A stretch of 64,000 nt of DNA from an uncultured Erysipelotrichaceae bacterium (GTDB taxonomy: Bacteria; Bacillota_I; Bacilli_A; Erysipelotrichales; Erysipelotrichaceae). Positions within the stretch are counted from its first letter, which is position 1. Each line of letters begins with the position of its first letter. Under the pieces are notes generated by a model that was given only the letters and a program-made list of their open reading frames with translations, made no database searches and had not been told where the DNA came from. Positions 37,415 to 48,135 of the stretch are shown here, piece after piece. Position numbers and translations under genes: made by a program. Location: contig CALVCO010000002.1 of assembly GCA_944326095.1 (NCBI GenBank), forward strand, positions 3,386-67,385, given 5' to 3'.

Positions 37415-38182
37415 ATGAAAAATAAATTTTATATGATTGATTTAGATGGCACAATGTATTTAGGTACCAAGCGAATTAAAGGCGCAAAAACTTTTATAGA
37501 TTATTTATTAAATAATAATATTGATTTTATCTTTTTGACTAATAATTCTTGTCGTACTCAAATTCAAGCTGCTAATCATATGTTAAAAATGGGATTTGAA
37601 GGTATTCGCCCAGAGATGTTTTATACTAGTGCAATGGCTGCTAGTGATTATATTGCTAGGACTTATCCTACAAAAAGAAAAGTTAATTTTATTGGTGAAA
37701 AGGGAATGTATGAAGCCTTGATAGAAAATAATTTTATAATTGATTCTAATAATCCTGATTTTATCTTTGTTGGATTAGATCGTAATGCATCATATCAAGA
37801 TTATAGTTTGGTATTAAGATCTTTAGTGCACGGAGCAAGATTGATTGGCACAAATGATGATAGAATTTTACCTAGCGAACAAGGGGAAAATATTGGTAAT
37901 GGCAGTGTGGTTAAGATGTTTGAATATGCTTGCCAACAAGAAGCTATTAAGATAGGCAAACCTCATAATGTTATGATTGAACAAGCTCTTCGTTATGCCA
38001 ATGTTGCTAAAGAAGATGTAATTATTGTAGGGGATAATTTGGAAACAGATATTAAAATGGGTAATAATGCTAATATTGAAACTGTTCTTGTAACAACTGG
38101 TATTCATAATATGGAGGATTGTTATCGTTTAAATATTAAACCTACATATATAGTGGCTAACCTTATAGGGTTAATAAAATAA
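37415..38182 (+). CDS. HAD-IIA family hydrolase (NagD/YutF-like)
   Basis: 255 aa. Motifs MIDLDGTMY, LTNNS, GKP and GDNLETDI. Confidence 0.8.
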   Translation: MKNKFYMIDLDGTMYLGTKRIKGAKTFIDYLLNNNIDFIFLTNNSCRTQIQAANHMLKMGFEGIRPEMFYTSAMAASDYIARTYPTKRKVNFIGEKGMYEALIENNFIIDSNNPDFIFVGLDRNASYQDYSLVLRSLVHGARLIGTNDDRILPSEQGENIGNGSVVKMFEYACQQEAIKIGKPHNVMIEQALRYANVAKEDVIIVGDNLETDIKMGNNANIETVLVTTGIHNMEDCYRLNIKPTYIVANLIGLIK

Positions 38183-38184
38183 AA

Positions 38185-38199
38185 AGGACCATAGGTCCT
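38185..38199. terminator. Short hairpin between convergent genes
   Basis: Stem aggacc/ggtcct with a 3-nt loop, preceded by AAAAA. Weak. Confidence 0.35.
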
Positions 38200-39140
38200 T
38201 ATTGTTCAAGATCTTTACCTTGATAAGTATTTAAATAAGCCATTTTTTTGTCAATTTCATTTAATACTTGGGTCTTATTTAATACCCAATTAGGAGCGAT
38301 AAGCTCTTTTTTTATTGGATCACCAGTTAATCTTTCAATTACTACATTAGGTGATAAATGTTCTAATTGTTTAATGACAATATCTACATATTGTTCAAGA
38401 GTTAATAAATCCCAACTGGTTTGTTTATACATATTGGCTAAAATGGTATTTTGACTTATATGTAGCATATGAATTTTAATACCGAATATATTTAAATCAT
38501 TAACATCTTTAATGGTTTGCATCATATCCTCAGTAGTTTCATTGGGTAAACCGTTGATAATATGTATTACCGTTTTTATATTTGTTTTATTTAATTTATT
38601 AACTTGTTCTTTTAAACAGGCAAAATCATGGCCTCGATTGATAAATTTAGCTGTTTGATCATTAGATGATTGTAATCCTAATTCTAGATATATATCTAAA
38701 TATTGGCATAGATTATTTAAATAAGCTATTTTTTCATCGTCTAAACAATCTGGTCTAGTTGCAATGGCAATTGCACATACTTTTGGATAATTTATAAAAG
38801 GTTCTATACATTTTTTTATTTTTTCTAAAGGCCCATAAGTATTGCTGAATGATTGAAAATAGGGAATAGTTAAACTATTAGGCCATTTAGCTTCCATCAT
38901 TTTTTTATTAGTTTCAAATTGCATGACTATATCATTAATATTTGAAGCTGTAAATTCTCCTGAGCCTTTTGAAGAGCAAAATATACATCCACCATATCCG
39001 CAAGTTCCATCACGATTTGGACAAGAAAAATTGGCATCTAAAGGAACTTTATATACTTTTTGACCATAGTGATGGCGCAAATAGTAATTAAAAGTATGAT
39101 AACGTTTATTATCATCACTAAATTTAAATGGATTAATCAT
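38199..39140 (-). CDS. Radical SAM protein, TIGR01212 (YtqA-like) family
   Basis: 313 aa. Blocks FSCPNRDGTCGYGGCIFC and YFQSFSNTY typical of this family. Confidence 0.8.
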   Translation of the reverse strand: MINPFKFSDDNKRYHTFNYYLRHHYGQKVYKVPLDANFSCPNRDGTCGYGGCIFCSSKGSGEFTASNINDIVMQFETNKKMMEAKWPNSLTIPYFQSFSNTYGPLEKIKKCIEPFINYPKVCAIAIATRPDCLDDEKIAYLNNLCQYLDIYLELGLQSSNDQTAKFINRGHDFACLKEQVNKLNKTNIKTVIHIINGLPNETTEDMMQTIKDVNDLNIFGIKIHMLHISQNTILANMYKQTSWDLLTLEQYVDIVIKQLEHLSPNVVIERLTGDPIKKELIAPNWVLNKTQVLNEIDKKMAYLNTYQGKDLEQ

Positions 39141-39141
39141 A

Positions 39142-39969
39142 CTATTTAGCTACACTTTGAATTGCAACACATTCTGGACCACCTTGAGCTATAAAAGCAC
39201 ATGATAAATCTAGGATTTTAATTTCTAAATTTTTAAATTTATTTTCAAACATTAATTTTGCTTTTTCAGCTTTATCTAAACAAAAAGCATGAGAAATATA
39301 TAATATATGATTATTTAATTTTCCTTCATAATGACTAATTAGTTTTTTTATCGCTAGTTCATATGATCTACAAGTAGCGAATTTATCTAGACGTTTGCCA
39401 TCTTTTGTTTGTACGACAATTGGTTGAATTTTTAATAATCCTCCTAACGCTGCAGCTAGAGGAGTACATCTTCCACCTCGTTTTAAATAATCAAAATCTG
39501 CTGGTAATAAAAATGATTCGATTGTTTCAATTTTTTGATTTATTTTTGCCAAAATATCTTGAATATTATGATTATCTTTAATCATTTGTAAAATCATTTC
39601 TACTAAATATTGATGAGGACCACATAGGGTTTTACTATTAACTACATGAATTTTGGCATTATCAAAGTGTGATGCAGCACTTAAACAAGTTTGATAAGTA
39701 CCACTTAAGCCATCTGCCATAGTTAATAAAATAATCTCATCATTGACATTAGCTTCAATACTATCAATTATTTCACCGATGGCAGGCTGAGATGTTTTGG
39801 CTTGAGCACCTTCATTAATTAATTCAACAAATTCATGGGCATTTATTTCTTCAAACTCATGATATGTTTTTTGATTGATAGTTATTGATAATGGATTTAC
39901 AACAAATCCCATTTTCTTTGCTTCTTCTTTTGAATATAGACAAGAAGTATCTGTTATTAGTTTTAGCAT
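39142..39969 (-). CDS. DegV-family fatty-acid-binding protein
   Basis: 275 aa. Begins MLKLITDTSCLY; also contains TSQPA and LSGTYQ. Confidence 0.85.
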   Translation of the reverse strand: MLKLITDTSCLYSKEEAKKMGFVVNPLSITINQKTYHEFEEINAHEFVELINEGAQAKTSQPAIGEIIDSIEANVNDEIILLTMADGLSGTYQTCLSAASHFDNAKIHVVNSKTLCGPHQYLVEMILQMIKDNHNIQDILAKINQKIETIESFLLPADFDYLKRGGRCTPLAAALGGLLKIQPIVVQTKDGKRLDKFATCRSYELAIKKLISHYEGKLNNHILYISHAFCLDKAEKAKLMFENKFKNLEIKILDLSCAFIAQGGPECVAIQSVAK

Positions 39970-39987
39970 ATTATATTTCCTTTCACA

Positions 39988-40638
39988 TTAAACCATATAA
40001 TTCAAACAAGCAATTCCATGAAATAAAGTTCCTATCAAAATGAAGATGTGAAATAGTTCATGAAATCCAAAACTCTTTGTTAAATTTGGTTTTTTAACTA
40101 TATAAATTATACCACCAATAGTATAGGCTATACCACCTATAGTTATTAATAATAAACAAGAACTAGGTATTATGGCAAAACTTTTAAAATCAAATATTAC
40201 TGCCCATCCCATCATTAAATATAGTAAAGTATATAAGATTCTAGGACTATTTAACCAACAGAATTTTAATATTATGCCAACAAAAGCAATTGACCATATT
40301 ATAGCTAAAAAGGTGATAGCGTGATTTATTTCTAGAAATCTTAAACAAACGGGAGTATAAGATCCAGCTATCAAAATATAAATCATTGAATGATCTAATT
40401 TTCGAAATAGTAAAAAATGTTTACTATTCTTGGGAATATAATGATAGAAAGAACTAGCTGCATATAGTAATATTATGCTTAAAGCAAATATTATTGAGCC
40501 TAAAATTGTTAATAAGTTGGAGTTATCATAAATTCCTTTAGCAATATAAGCAAGCATAAGAATAATTCCCATAATGACACCAAGAAAATGGGAAAAAGAA
40601 CTTATATAATCACGAGCATTTTGAAAATATTTAATCAT
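39988..40638 (-). CDS. Hemolysin III / PAQR-family membrane protein
   Basis: 216 aa with 7 TM segments. Motifs SSFYH, LDHS and FHELFHIF. Confidence 0.85.
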   Translation of the reverse strand: MIKYFQNARDYISSFSHFLGVIMGIILMLAYIAKGIYDNSNLLTILGSIIFALSIILLYAASSFYHYIPKNSKHFLLFRKLDHSMIYILIAGSYTPVCLRFLEINHAITFLAIIWSIAFVGIILKFCWLNSPRILYTLLYLMMGWAVIFDFKSFAIIPSSCLLLITIGGIAYTIGGIIYIVKKPNLTKSFGFHELFHIFILIGTLFHGIACLNYMV

Positions 40639-40700
40639 TTTACCACTTCTTTCATTTATTTAATATTACAAGTTTATATTGTTCTTAGCAATATTTTTAA

Positions 40701-40728
40701 TTGACTTTTTTACATAATTTGATATTAT
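40701..40728 (+). promoter_or_regulatory. Promoter of the leuS leader
   Basis: TTGACT (40701-40706), 16 nt, TATTAT (40723-40728). Confidence 0.5.
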
Positions 40729-40734
40729 TTATTT

Positions 40735-40930
40735 ACCGTGATGAATTTGAAGTAGTAGTAGTGAAAGATATATAGAAAGCTATGGGTTGATGGAACATAG
40801 CTATTGGAAACTATGAACTTGTCAATGGAGCGTAAGTGGTATATTCTGCCTTAAAGAATAATAAAGTGCACGCTTTGTGAATTAAGGTGGTACCGCGTAT
40901 ATTACGTCCTTATATTAAGGATTTTTTTTA
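40735..40930 (+). promoter_or_regulatory. T-box leader (Leu specifier) with terminator
   Basis: Stem I GA/AG-type elements (AGUAGUAG..GUGAAAGA). Candidate Leu specifier codons CUA (40811-13) and CUU (40818-20). Conserved T-box AAUUAAGGUGGUACCGCG (40880-40897). Terminator UCCUUA-UAU-UAAGGA plus a U-run (40908-40929). Confidence 0.85.
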
Positions 40931-40949
40931 TTTTAAGGAGATATTGTTT

Positions 40950-43343
40950 ATGTATGATCATACGAAAGTAGAAAAAAAGTGGCAAGAATATTGGGAAAAG
41001 AATAAAACATTTAAGACCGATGTTTATGATTTTTCTAAGCCAAAATTTTATGCATTGGATATGTTTCCATATCCATCAGGTGTAGGTTTGCACGCTGGTC
41101 ATCCTGAAGGCTATACAGCTACCGATATTGTTTGCCGCATGAAAAGAATGCAAGGCTATAATGTTTTACATCCAATGGGATTTGATTCTTTTGGTTTACC
41201 TGCAGAACAATATGCAATTCAAACTGGAAATCATCCTGAAACTTTTACTTTAAGAAACATTGAAACATTTAAAAAACAATTAAAAATGCTAGGTTTTTCT
41301 TTTGACTGGTCTAAAGAAATTAGCACATGTGATCCTTCTTACTATAAATGGACACAATGGATTTTTAAACAATTGTATAATGATGGATTGGCTAAATATG
41401 TTGATGTGCCTGTAAACTGGTGTGAAGAATTACAGACGGTTTTAGCTAATGATGAGGTCATTAATGGTAAAAGTGAAAGAGGTGGCTATCCTGTTGTTCG
41501 TAAAAATATGAAACAATGGGTAATTGATATTTGTAAATATGCGGATAAACTATTAGAAAATTTAGATGAGATAGATTGGCCAGAAAGTACTAAAGAGATT
41601 CAAAGAAACTGGATTGGTCGTTCTTATGGAGCACATGTTGATTTTAAAGTAGATGGCTTTGAAGATAAATTTACGGTATTTACTACTAGATGTGATACAC
41701 TATTTGGTGCTACATATTGTGTATTAGCGCCAGAACATGAATTAGTTAAAAAGATTACGACTGAAAAACAAAAAGAAGAAGTAGCTAAATATTGTCAAGA
41801 ATGTGCTTGTAAATCAGAATTTGAAAGAACTGAATTAAATAAAACTAAAACTGGTGCATTTACTGGAGCATATGCAATTAATCCTGTAAATAATAAGAAG
41901 ATTCCTATTTGGATTAGTGATTATGTTTTGGCTAGCTATGGGACTGGAGCAATCATGGCTGTTCCCGCTCATGATGAAAGAGATTATGAGTTTGCTAAAA
42001 AATTTGGTATTGATATTATCCCTGTTTTAGAAGGTGGAGATATTACTAAGGAAGCTTATACTCAAGATGGTCCACATATTAATTCAGAATTTTTGAATGG
42101 TATGGGAAAAGAAGAAGCTATTGATACCATGATTAAATGGCTAGAGGAACATAATTGTGGTACTAAGAAAGTTAACTATCGTTTAAGAGAGTGGATATTT
42201 GCTCGTCAACGTTATTGGGGAGAACCAATTCCTATTGTTCATTTTGACGATGGTACTAGTGTAGCTTTAGAAGATGATGAATTACCACTTGTTTTACCTG
42301 AATTAGAAGATTATCGTCCTACACCTTTAGGTTCACCTTTAGAAAAGGCTACTGATTGGGTAAATATTGAATATCATGGTAAAAAAGGTAAACGTGAGAC
42401 TAATACAATGCCTGGTTCAGCTGGTAGTTCTTGGTATTATTTAAGATACATTGATCCTAAAAATGATAAGATGTTTGCTGATCCTGAATTGTTAAAACAT
42501 TGGATGCCAGTTGATTTATATGTTGGTGGTCCAGAACATGCCGTTGGACATCTATTATATTCTAGAATGTGGAATAATTATCTTTATGATAAAGGTTTAG
42601 TATTTACTAAAGAACCTTTCAAAAAATTAGTACACCAAGGATATATACTAGGAGCTAATGGTATCAAGATGGGTAAAAGATATCCAGAATTTGTTGTTAA
42701 TCCTAATGATATTACTAAACAATATGGAGCAGATACTTTAAGAGTATATGAAATGTTTATGGGTCCATTAGAAGCTGATAAGCCATGGTCTACCCAAGGA
42801 GTTGAGGGTACTAGACGTTGGTTAGATCGTGTTTATCGTCTATTTATGGAAATGGATAAACTTACGGATGAAAATGATGGCAAATTGGATTTTGTTTATA
42901 ATCAGACAGTTAAAAAAGTTACAGAAGATATTGAAAGTTTAAATTTAAATACAGCTATTAGCCAAATGATGATTTTTATTAATGAATGTTATAAACAAGA
43001 TAAAATTTATCGTGAATATGCAATTAATTTTATTAAGATGTTTAGTTGTTTTGCTCCACATTTAGGTGAAGAAATGTATAATGCTTTAACTAATGAAGAT
43101 ACAGTAGCTTATGCTAAATGGCCTACATATGATGAAAAGAAACTAGAAGTAGCCACTATTGAAATAGTAGTTCAAGTTAATGGTAAAATGCGTGGAAAGT
43201 TAAATGTTGCGAAAGATTTACCAGCTCAAGAACTTGAAAAAATGGCTTGTGAATTAGATAATGTTAAAGCTCACTTAAGTGATAAACAAATTGTTAAAAT
43301 TATTACTATTCCTAATAAAATAGTTAATATTGTTGTAAAATAG
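40950..43343 (+). CDS. leuS: Leucyl-tRNA synthetase
   Basis: The ORF-track start at 40887 lies inside the T-box/terminator; ATG 40950 follows SD aaggag. HIGH-type motif HAGHPEGY and KMSKS-type KMGKR. Confidence 0.97.
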   Translation: MYDHTKVEKKWQEYWEKNKTFKTDVYDFSKPKFYALDMFPYPSGVGLHAGHPEGYTATDIVCRMKRMQGYNVLHPMGFDSFGLPAEQYAIQTGNHPETFTLRNIETFKKQLKMLGFSFDWSKEISTCDPSYYKWTQWIFKQLYNDGLAKYVDVPVNWCEELQTVLANDEVINGKSERGGYPVVRKNMKQWVIDICKYADKLLENLDEIDWPESTKEIQRNWIGRSYGAHVDFKVDGFEDKFTVFTTRCDTLFGATYCVLAPEHELVKKITTEKQKEEVAKYCQECACKSEFERTELNKTKTGAFTGAYAINPVNNKKIPIWISDYVLASYGTGAIMAVPAHDERDYEFAKKFGIDIIPVLEGGDITKEAYTQDGPHINSEFLNGMGKEEAIDTMIKWLEEHNCGTKKVNYRLREWIFARQRYWGEPIPIVHFDDGTSVALEDDELPLVLPELEDYRPTPLGSPLEKATDWVNIEYHGKKGKRETNTMPGSAGSSWYYLRYIDPKNDKMFADPELLKHWMPVDLYVGGPEHAVGHLLYSRMWNNYLYDKGLVFTKEPFKKLVHQGYILGANGIKMGKRYPEFVVNPNDITKQYGADTLRVYEMFMGPLEADKPWSTQGVEGTRRWLDRVYRLFMEMDKLTDENDGKLDFVYNQTVKKVTEDIESLNLNTAISQMMIFINECYKQDKIYREYAINFIKMFSCFAPHLGEEMYNALTNEDTVAYAKWPTYDEKKLEVATIEIVVQVNGKMRGKLNVAKDLPAQELEKMACELDNVKAHLSDKQIVKIITIPNKIVNIVVK

Positions 43344-43363
43344 TGCTTTTGCACTATTTTTTT
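43341..43363 (+). terminator. leuS terminator
   Basis: Stem tagtgc/gcacta, loop tttt, then a T-run of 7. Confidence 0.75.
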
Positions 43364-43405
43364 AGCAAATATTTTTAAATATGATATAATTTTCTGGGTG
43401 AAAAA

Positions 43406-44128
43406 ATGAGTTTTAAGATAACGATAGAACAATTTGAAGGTCCATTGGATTTAATGCTTCATCTTATCAAAGAAAATAAATTAGATTTATTTGATTTAGA
43501 TATAAGTAAACTTACTGATCAATATTTGACATATTTAGATCAAATGCAGGATATGCATTTAGAAATTGCTAGTGAATATATGGTCGAATTAGCAAGCTTA
43601 ATAGAATATAAAAGTAAGAAGCTTTTACCTAAAGAAGATAATCAATTAGATGATGATTATGAAGAAGATCCTAAGGAGCGTTTAGTAGCTAGACTATTGG
43701 AATATCAACAATATAAAGAGGTAACTAAACAACTTGAAGAACTTTATCTTTTAAGGCAACAATCTTATAGTAAACCATTATCTATTGAGACAGAAGAATG
43801 GATTCAACAATCACCCGATGCTAAATTTGAAGGCACACCATATGATTTGGTTAAAGCTATGAATAAGGTATTAAGAAGATTTCAATTATCTAAACCTTTA
43901 GAGACTAAATATACACGTAAAGAGATTTCCATGGAGGAAAGAAGTTTACAGATAAAGGCTAGATTAGCTTCTTTACCAAATGTATTTACTTTTGATACTT
44001 TAATTGATGATTGTGAAGATCAAATTAGTATAATTGTTACCTTTTTAGCTATATTAGATTTAGCAAGACTTCATTTTTTAACATTTACAACAGATGATCA
44101 AGATAATATATATTTTCAAAGAGGTTAA
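43406..44128 (+). CDS. scpA: Segregation and condensation protein A
   Basis: 240 aa. Begins FEGPLDLMLHLIKENKLDLFDLDISKLTDQYL. Confidence 0.9.
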   Translation: MSFKITIEQFEGPLDLMLHLIKENKLDLFDLDISKLTDQYLTYLDQMQDMHLEIASEYMVELASLIEYKSKKLLPKEDNQLDDDYEEDPKERLVARLLEYQQYKEVTKQLEELYLLRQQSYSKPLSIETEEWIQQSPDAKFEGTPYDLVKAMNKVLRRFQLSKPLETKYTRKEISMEERSLQIKARLASLPNVFTFDTLIDDCEDQISIIVTFLAILDLARLHFLTFTTDDQDNIYFQRG

Positions 44129-44132
44129 ATAG

Positions 44133-44681
44133 ATGGATAGTAAACAAGTCATTCCCATTTTAGAAGGATTATTATTTATATGTGGTGATGAAGGGCTTAG
44201 CTTACAAAATGCTAGCGCTATATTGGAAATTAGTGTTAAAGAATGTGCTAAATATTTTGATGAGTTACAAGCTTATTATTCCCAAGATGATAGAGGCATA
44301 GAAATTGAGCGTTACAATGATAATTATAAATTTATATCAAAAGCAAGAATTCATCCTTATGCCAAAAAATTATTTACTAATAATAAAACTAATACCCTAA
44401 GTCAATCTGCATTAGAAACTTTAGCTATTATTGCTTATAAACAACCTATTACACGCGTAGAAATAGAAGAGTTAAGAGGGGTTGGAGCTGATATGATGTT
44501 AAGAAAGCTTTTAGCTAGAAATTTAATTAAAGAAGTAGGGCGTAGTGAGGCAGCTGGAAGACCTATCTTATATGAAGTAACTGATGAATTTTTAGATAAT
44601 TTTAAATTATTAAGTTTAGATGAATTGCCAGAGTTGCCAGATTATGGAAAAGATGAAGAAAATGAAGAATTATATGATTAA
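44133..44681 (+). CDS. scpB: Segregation and condensation protein B
   Basis: 182 aa. Blocks ILEGLLFICGDEGLS and LETLAIIAYKQPITRVEIEELRGV. Confidence 0.9.
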   Translation: MDSKQVIPILEGLLFICGDEGLSLQNASAILEISVKECAKYFDELQAYYSQDDRGIEIERYNDNYKFISKARIHPYAKKLFTNNKTNTLSQSALETLAIIAYKQPITRVEIEELRGVGADMMLRKLLARNLIKEVGRSEAAGRPILYEVTDEFLDNFKLLSLDELPELPDYGKDEENEELYD

Positions 44682-45414
44682 ATTTATATTAATGATTAGT
44701 TTATTGTTGCTTGGAGGTTGTCAAAATACTAAAATGAATGCTAATTCCATGCAAGAATATAAAACTTCTTGTTTTAAGATTACATCATATGATTATAGCG
44801 TAAGTGTACCATCAAGTGATAGAGTAGATGCTAGTTATTATGATGATGCAATTTTTGTCGGTGATTCACGTATGGGCTCACTAGATTTATATGGTTCATA
44901 TGATAATCAAGAAGTTTATTATATTGAAGGATTATTTTTAAATAAGGTATCAATTACTCAATTACCTGATGGTGATACTATTCTAGATAAGATAAATGCT
45001 TCAAATAAACATAATTTATATTTAATGTTTGGATTAAATGAATTAGGATGGAACGATTATCAATTGTTTGTTGACCAATATGATGCATTTATAAAGCAAA
45101 TTAAACAAAATAAACCAGATATGAATATTTATGTTTTCTTATTATATACTCCTGATCATACTTCTACTTTTAGTAGTGATGAGATTGTTGATGTAGTTTA
45201 TGAAGATAATATTATGCTTAAAAAAATGTGTTATGATAATCAGGTATACTGTTTAGATATTGAGCCTTATTTTGCTTTAAATAGTAGTAAAATTGATGAT
45301 TCTTTAGCTTTTGATGGAATTCATTTTAATGTCGATGGCGTAAAATTATTTGAAGAATTTATTGAGTATCATGTAGTTAAGGAGAATGATTATGTTAAAG
45401 AAGTTTGTAATTAG
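44674..45414 (+). CDS. SGNH/GDSL-type hydrolase lipoprotein
   Basis: Start at ATG 44674, an 8-nt overlap with scpB. Lipobox LLGGC, block I FVGDSRM and block V DGIHFN. Confidence 0.6.
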   Translation: MIKFILMISLLLLGGCQNTKMNANSMQEYKTSCFKITSYDYSVSVPSSDRVDASYYDDAIFVGDSRMGSLDLYGSYDNQEVYYIEGLFLNKVSITQLPDGDTILDKINASNKHNLYLMFGLNELGWNDYQLFVDQYDAFIKQIKQNKPDMNIYVFLLYTPDHTSTFSSDEIVDVVYEDNIMLKKMCYDNQVYCLDIEPYFALNSSKIDDSLAFDGIHFNVDGVKLFEEFIEYHVVKENDYVKEVCN

Positions 45415-45826
45415 TTTGATGATTTTAGTAACTTTAGTTGGTTGTTCAAGTAGTACTGAAAGTGATGAATTAACTGCTAAAAGTTTATATGATGATTTAT
45501 GTGCTAATATTACTTTTGAAGGCACAGAGCTTACAGTTGAACAGGCTTCTAGTATTTTATTTTTGGATAATAATGCTAGTGAAGTATATGCTTATATAGC
45601 AAATGATTTGTCAAGTAATATTATTGCGGTAGTTAAAACAAATAGTACGATATCTACTATTGATAATCTTAATCAATATATTGCATCAATTAATCAAACT
45701 GCAATGAATTATAGTCCAGAGGAATTAGAAAAGATTGATAATGCATTTTTAAAAGCATTGAATAATGAAATCGTAGTATTTGTTATTTGTGATGATATTA
45801 GTGAAGTAGAACGAATAATTAATTAA
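45392..45826 (+). CDS. Small lipoprotein (possibly DUF4358-like)
   Basis: Start at ATG 45392 after SD aaggag. Lipobox LVGCSS. The family guess is from memory of gene context only. Confidence 0.45.
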   Translation: MLKKFVISLMILVTLVGCSSSTESDELTAKSLYDDLCANITFEGTELTVEQASSILFLDNNASEVYAYIANDLSSNIIAVVKTNSTISTIDNLNQYIASINQTAMNYSPEELEKIDNAFLKALNNEIVVFVICDDISEVERIIN

Positions 45827-45834
45827 AAATATAT

Positions 45835-45863
45835 TTGCATTTACATGGGTAATTAGATATCAT
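45835..45863 (+). promoter_or_regulatory. Promoter of the pur leader
   Basis: TTGCAT (45835-45840), 17 nt, TATCAT (45858-45863). Confidence 0.5.
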
Positions 45864-45877
45864 ATTCGTGTAAATTA

Positions 45878-45942
45878 TCTTGTATAAATGTTTATTTTTG
45901 GCAAACATGTTTCTACCCACAAGCCTATTGTGGACTACAAGA
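45878..45942 (+). promoter_or_regulatory. Purine riboswitch aptamer, guanine/hypoxanthine class
   Basis: P1 UCUUGUA/UACAAGA, J1-2 UAUAAA, P2 hairpin with L2 ..UUGG, J2-3 GUUUCUAC, P3 CCACAA/UUGUGG with L3 GCCUA. The discriminator context after P3 is A-C, which indicates C74 and guanine specificity. Confidence 0.85.
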
Positions 45943-45957
45943 AGTGCAAGGTTTTTT

Positions 45958-45983
45958 ACATATCAGTTTCTGATATGTTTTTT
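45958..45983 (+). terminator. Riboswitch expression-platform terminator
   Basis: 9-bp stem acatatcag/ctgatatgt, loop ttt, then TTTTT. Confidence 0.8.
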
Positions 45984-46008
45984 AATTTAGGAAAAGGAGA
46001 CCATAAAA

Positions 46009-46713
46009 ATGACAATGTTGTATGAAGGTAAGGCAAAACAAATTTTTTCTACAGAAGATCCAAATGAAGTGGTAATTCATTATAAAGATGATGCAACAGC
46101 TTTTAATGGATTAAAAAAAGATACGGTTGAATCTAAAGGAATTTATAATAATAAAATTACTACATATCTTTATGAAGAATTAAATAAAAGAGGAATACCT
46201 ACGCATTATATTAAAACCTTGAACGAACGAGATCAATTGTGTAAAAAATGTATGATTATTCCTTTAGAAGTTATAGTTAGAAATATTATTGCTGGTAGTA
46301 TGGCTAAAAAATTCAATATTGAAGAAGGTACATTACCAAAATGTACTATCAATGAAATTTGTTATAAAGATGATGCTTTAGGAGATCCAATGATTAATGA
46401 TTCTCAAGCAATAGGAATGGGCTTTGCTAGTGAAGAAGAATTAAAAACAATTTATGATCTTACTAATCGCATTAATGAAATTTTAAAAGAAATCTTTTTA
46501 TCTGTTAATGTTAAATTAGTTGATTTTAAATTAGAATTTGGTAAAGATGCAAATGGAAATATTGTTTTAGCAGATGAAATTAGTTGTGATACTTGTCGCT
46601 TTTGGGATGCTACAACTAATGAAAAATTAGATAAAGATCGTTTTAGAAGAGATATGGGCGATGTTATTGGCGCATATAAAGAAATTTGGAAACGATTAGA
46701 ATCAAGAGGATAA
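46009..46713 (+). CDS. purC: SAICAR synthetase
   Basis: 234 aa. Blocks [18 protein letters not shown] and [14 protein letters not shown]. Confidence 0.95.
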   Translation: MTMLYEGKAKQIFSTEDPNEVVIHYKDDATAFNGLKKDTVESKGIYNNKITTYLYEELNKRGIPTHYIKTLNERDQLCKKCMIIPLEVIVRNIIAGSMAKKFNIEEGTLPKCTINEICYKDDALGDPMINDSQAIGMGFASEEELKTIYDLTNRINEILKEIFLSVNVKLVDFKLEFGKDANGNIVLADEISCDTCRFWDATTNEKLDKDRFRRDMGDVIGAYKEIWKRLESRG

Positions 46714-46719
46714 AAAAAG

Positions 46720-48132
46720 ATGGATGAAATTAAGTATCTATTAGGCAATAAAATAAATGAAGAATGTGGAGTATTTGGCATTTATAATGTAGACGATGCT
46801 TCAAGTTTAACTTATTTTGGTTTACATGCTTTACAACATCGTGGACAAGAAGCTTGTGGTATTGCTACAAGTGATGGTGAAGAAATAACTTGTTATAAAG
46901 GAAAAGGATTAATTTCTGAAGTATTTAATAATGATATTATTACAAGTATGAAGGGTAAATATGCTATTGGGCATGTTAGATATTCTACACAAGGTGGTAA
47001 TGTTATAGAGAATGTACAACCACTAATGGTTAGAGCGCATACTGGACATTTTGGAATTGTTCATAATGGACAAATTGTAAATGCTAAAGAAATTAAAATT
47101 GCTTTAGAAGATGAAGGAAGTATTTTCCAAGGTTCAAATGATAGTGAAGTATTAGTTCACTTAATTCAAAAAGAATCTGGTACAATGGTGCAAAAAATAA
47201 TGAAAGCTTGTGCTAAATTAGAAGGTGCATTTGCTTATATTATTATGACTAAAGATTGTATGTATGCAGTTAGAGATAAAAATGGTTTACGACCTTTATC
47301 ATATGCAAAAGTAGATAATGGTTATTGTATTTCCAGCGAAACATGTGCTTATGATATTGTAAATGGTAAATTTGTTAGAGCTTTAAATCCTGGAGAAGTT
47401 GTACGTTTTGGTAAAGAAGGAATACAATCATTTAATTATTGTGAACCAGAAAAAATTCAACATCGTATGTGCGCAATGGAATATATTTATTTTGCACGAC
47501 CTGATAGTGTTATTGAAAATATTAATGTTCACAATATGCGTAAAGAATCAGGAAGAATATTAGCTAGAAAAGATCGTGAAGATAATATTGAAGCTGATAT
47601 GGTCATTGGGGTGCCTGATAGTAGTTTAAGTGCAGCAATTGGCTATGCGGAAGAAAGTGGATTACCTTATGAGTTAGGTTTAATTAAAAATCGTTATGTA
47701 GGTAGAACCTTCATTCAACCAACACAACAATTAAGAGAACGTGGTGTAAGGATGAAATTAAGTGCGATAAGTGCTATTGTTAAAGATAAAAATATTATCA
47801 TGATTGATGATTCAATAGTACGTGGAACAACTAGTAGACGTATCGTTCAATTATTAAAGGATGCTGGAGCTAAGAGTGTTCATGTTCGTATCGCTTCACC
47901 TGCCTTTGTTTCGCCATGTTTTTATGGTGTAGATACATCTACTTATGATGAGTTAATTAGTGCTCAATTGAGTGTTGATGAGTTATGTAAATATATTAAT
48001 GCTGAATCATTGAAATTTATGAGCTTAGAAGAATTATCACAAGCATGTAATGATATTGGTTTATGCACAGCATGTTTTTCAGGAAAATATCCTACAGAAT
48101 TATATAGTTTAAAAGACGTATTGAAGAGGTAA
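46720..48132 (+). CDS. purF: Amidophosphoribosyltransferase
   Basis: 470 aa. Propeptide followed by the catalytic Cys (NEECGVFGI), PRPP loop IMIDDSIVRGTT and Fe-S Cys residues. Confidence 0.95.
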   Translation: MDEIKYLLGNKINEECGVFGIYNVDDASSLTYFGLHALQHRGQEACGIATSDGEEITCYKGKGLISEVFNNDIITSMKGKYAIGHVRYSTQGGNVIENVQPLMVRAHTGHFGIVHNGQIVNAKEIKIALEDEGSIFQGSNDSEVLVHLIQKESGTMVQKIMKACAKLEGAFAYIIMTKDCMYAVRDKNGLRPLSYAKVDNGYCISSETCAYDIVNGKFVRALNPGEVVRFGKEGIQSFNYCEPEKIQHRMCAMEYIYFARPDSVIENINVHNMRKESGRILARKDREDNIEADMVIGVPDSSLSAAIGYAEESGLPYELGLIKNRYVGRTFIQPTQQLRERGVRMKLSAISAIVKDKNIIMIDDSIVRGTTSRRIVQLLKDAGAKSVHVRIASPAFVSPCFYGVDTSTYDELISAQLSVDELCKYINAESLKFMSLEELSQACNDIGLCTACFSGKYPTELYSLKDVLKR

Positions 48133-48135
48133 AAA

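Noticed and set aside
46452-46781. A 109-aa antisense ORF spanning the purC/purF junction.
   Set aside because: It is a shadow ORF opposite two well-supported genes, with no SD or promoter and a low-complexity translation.
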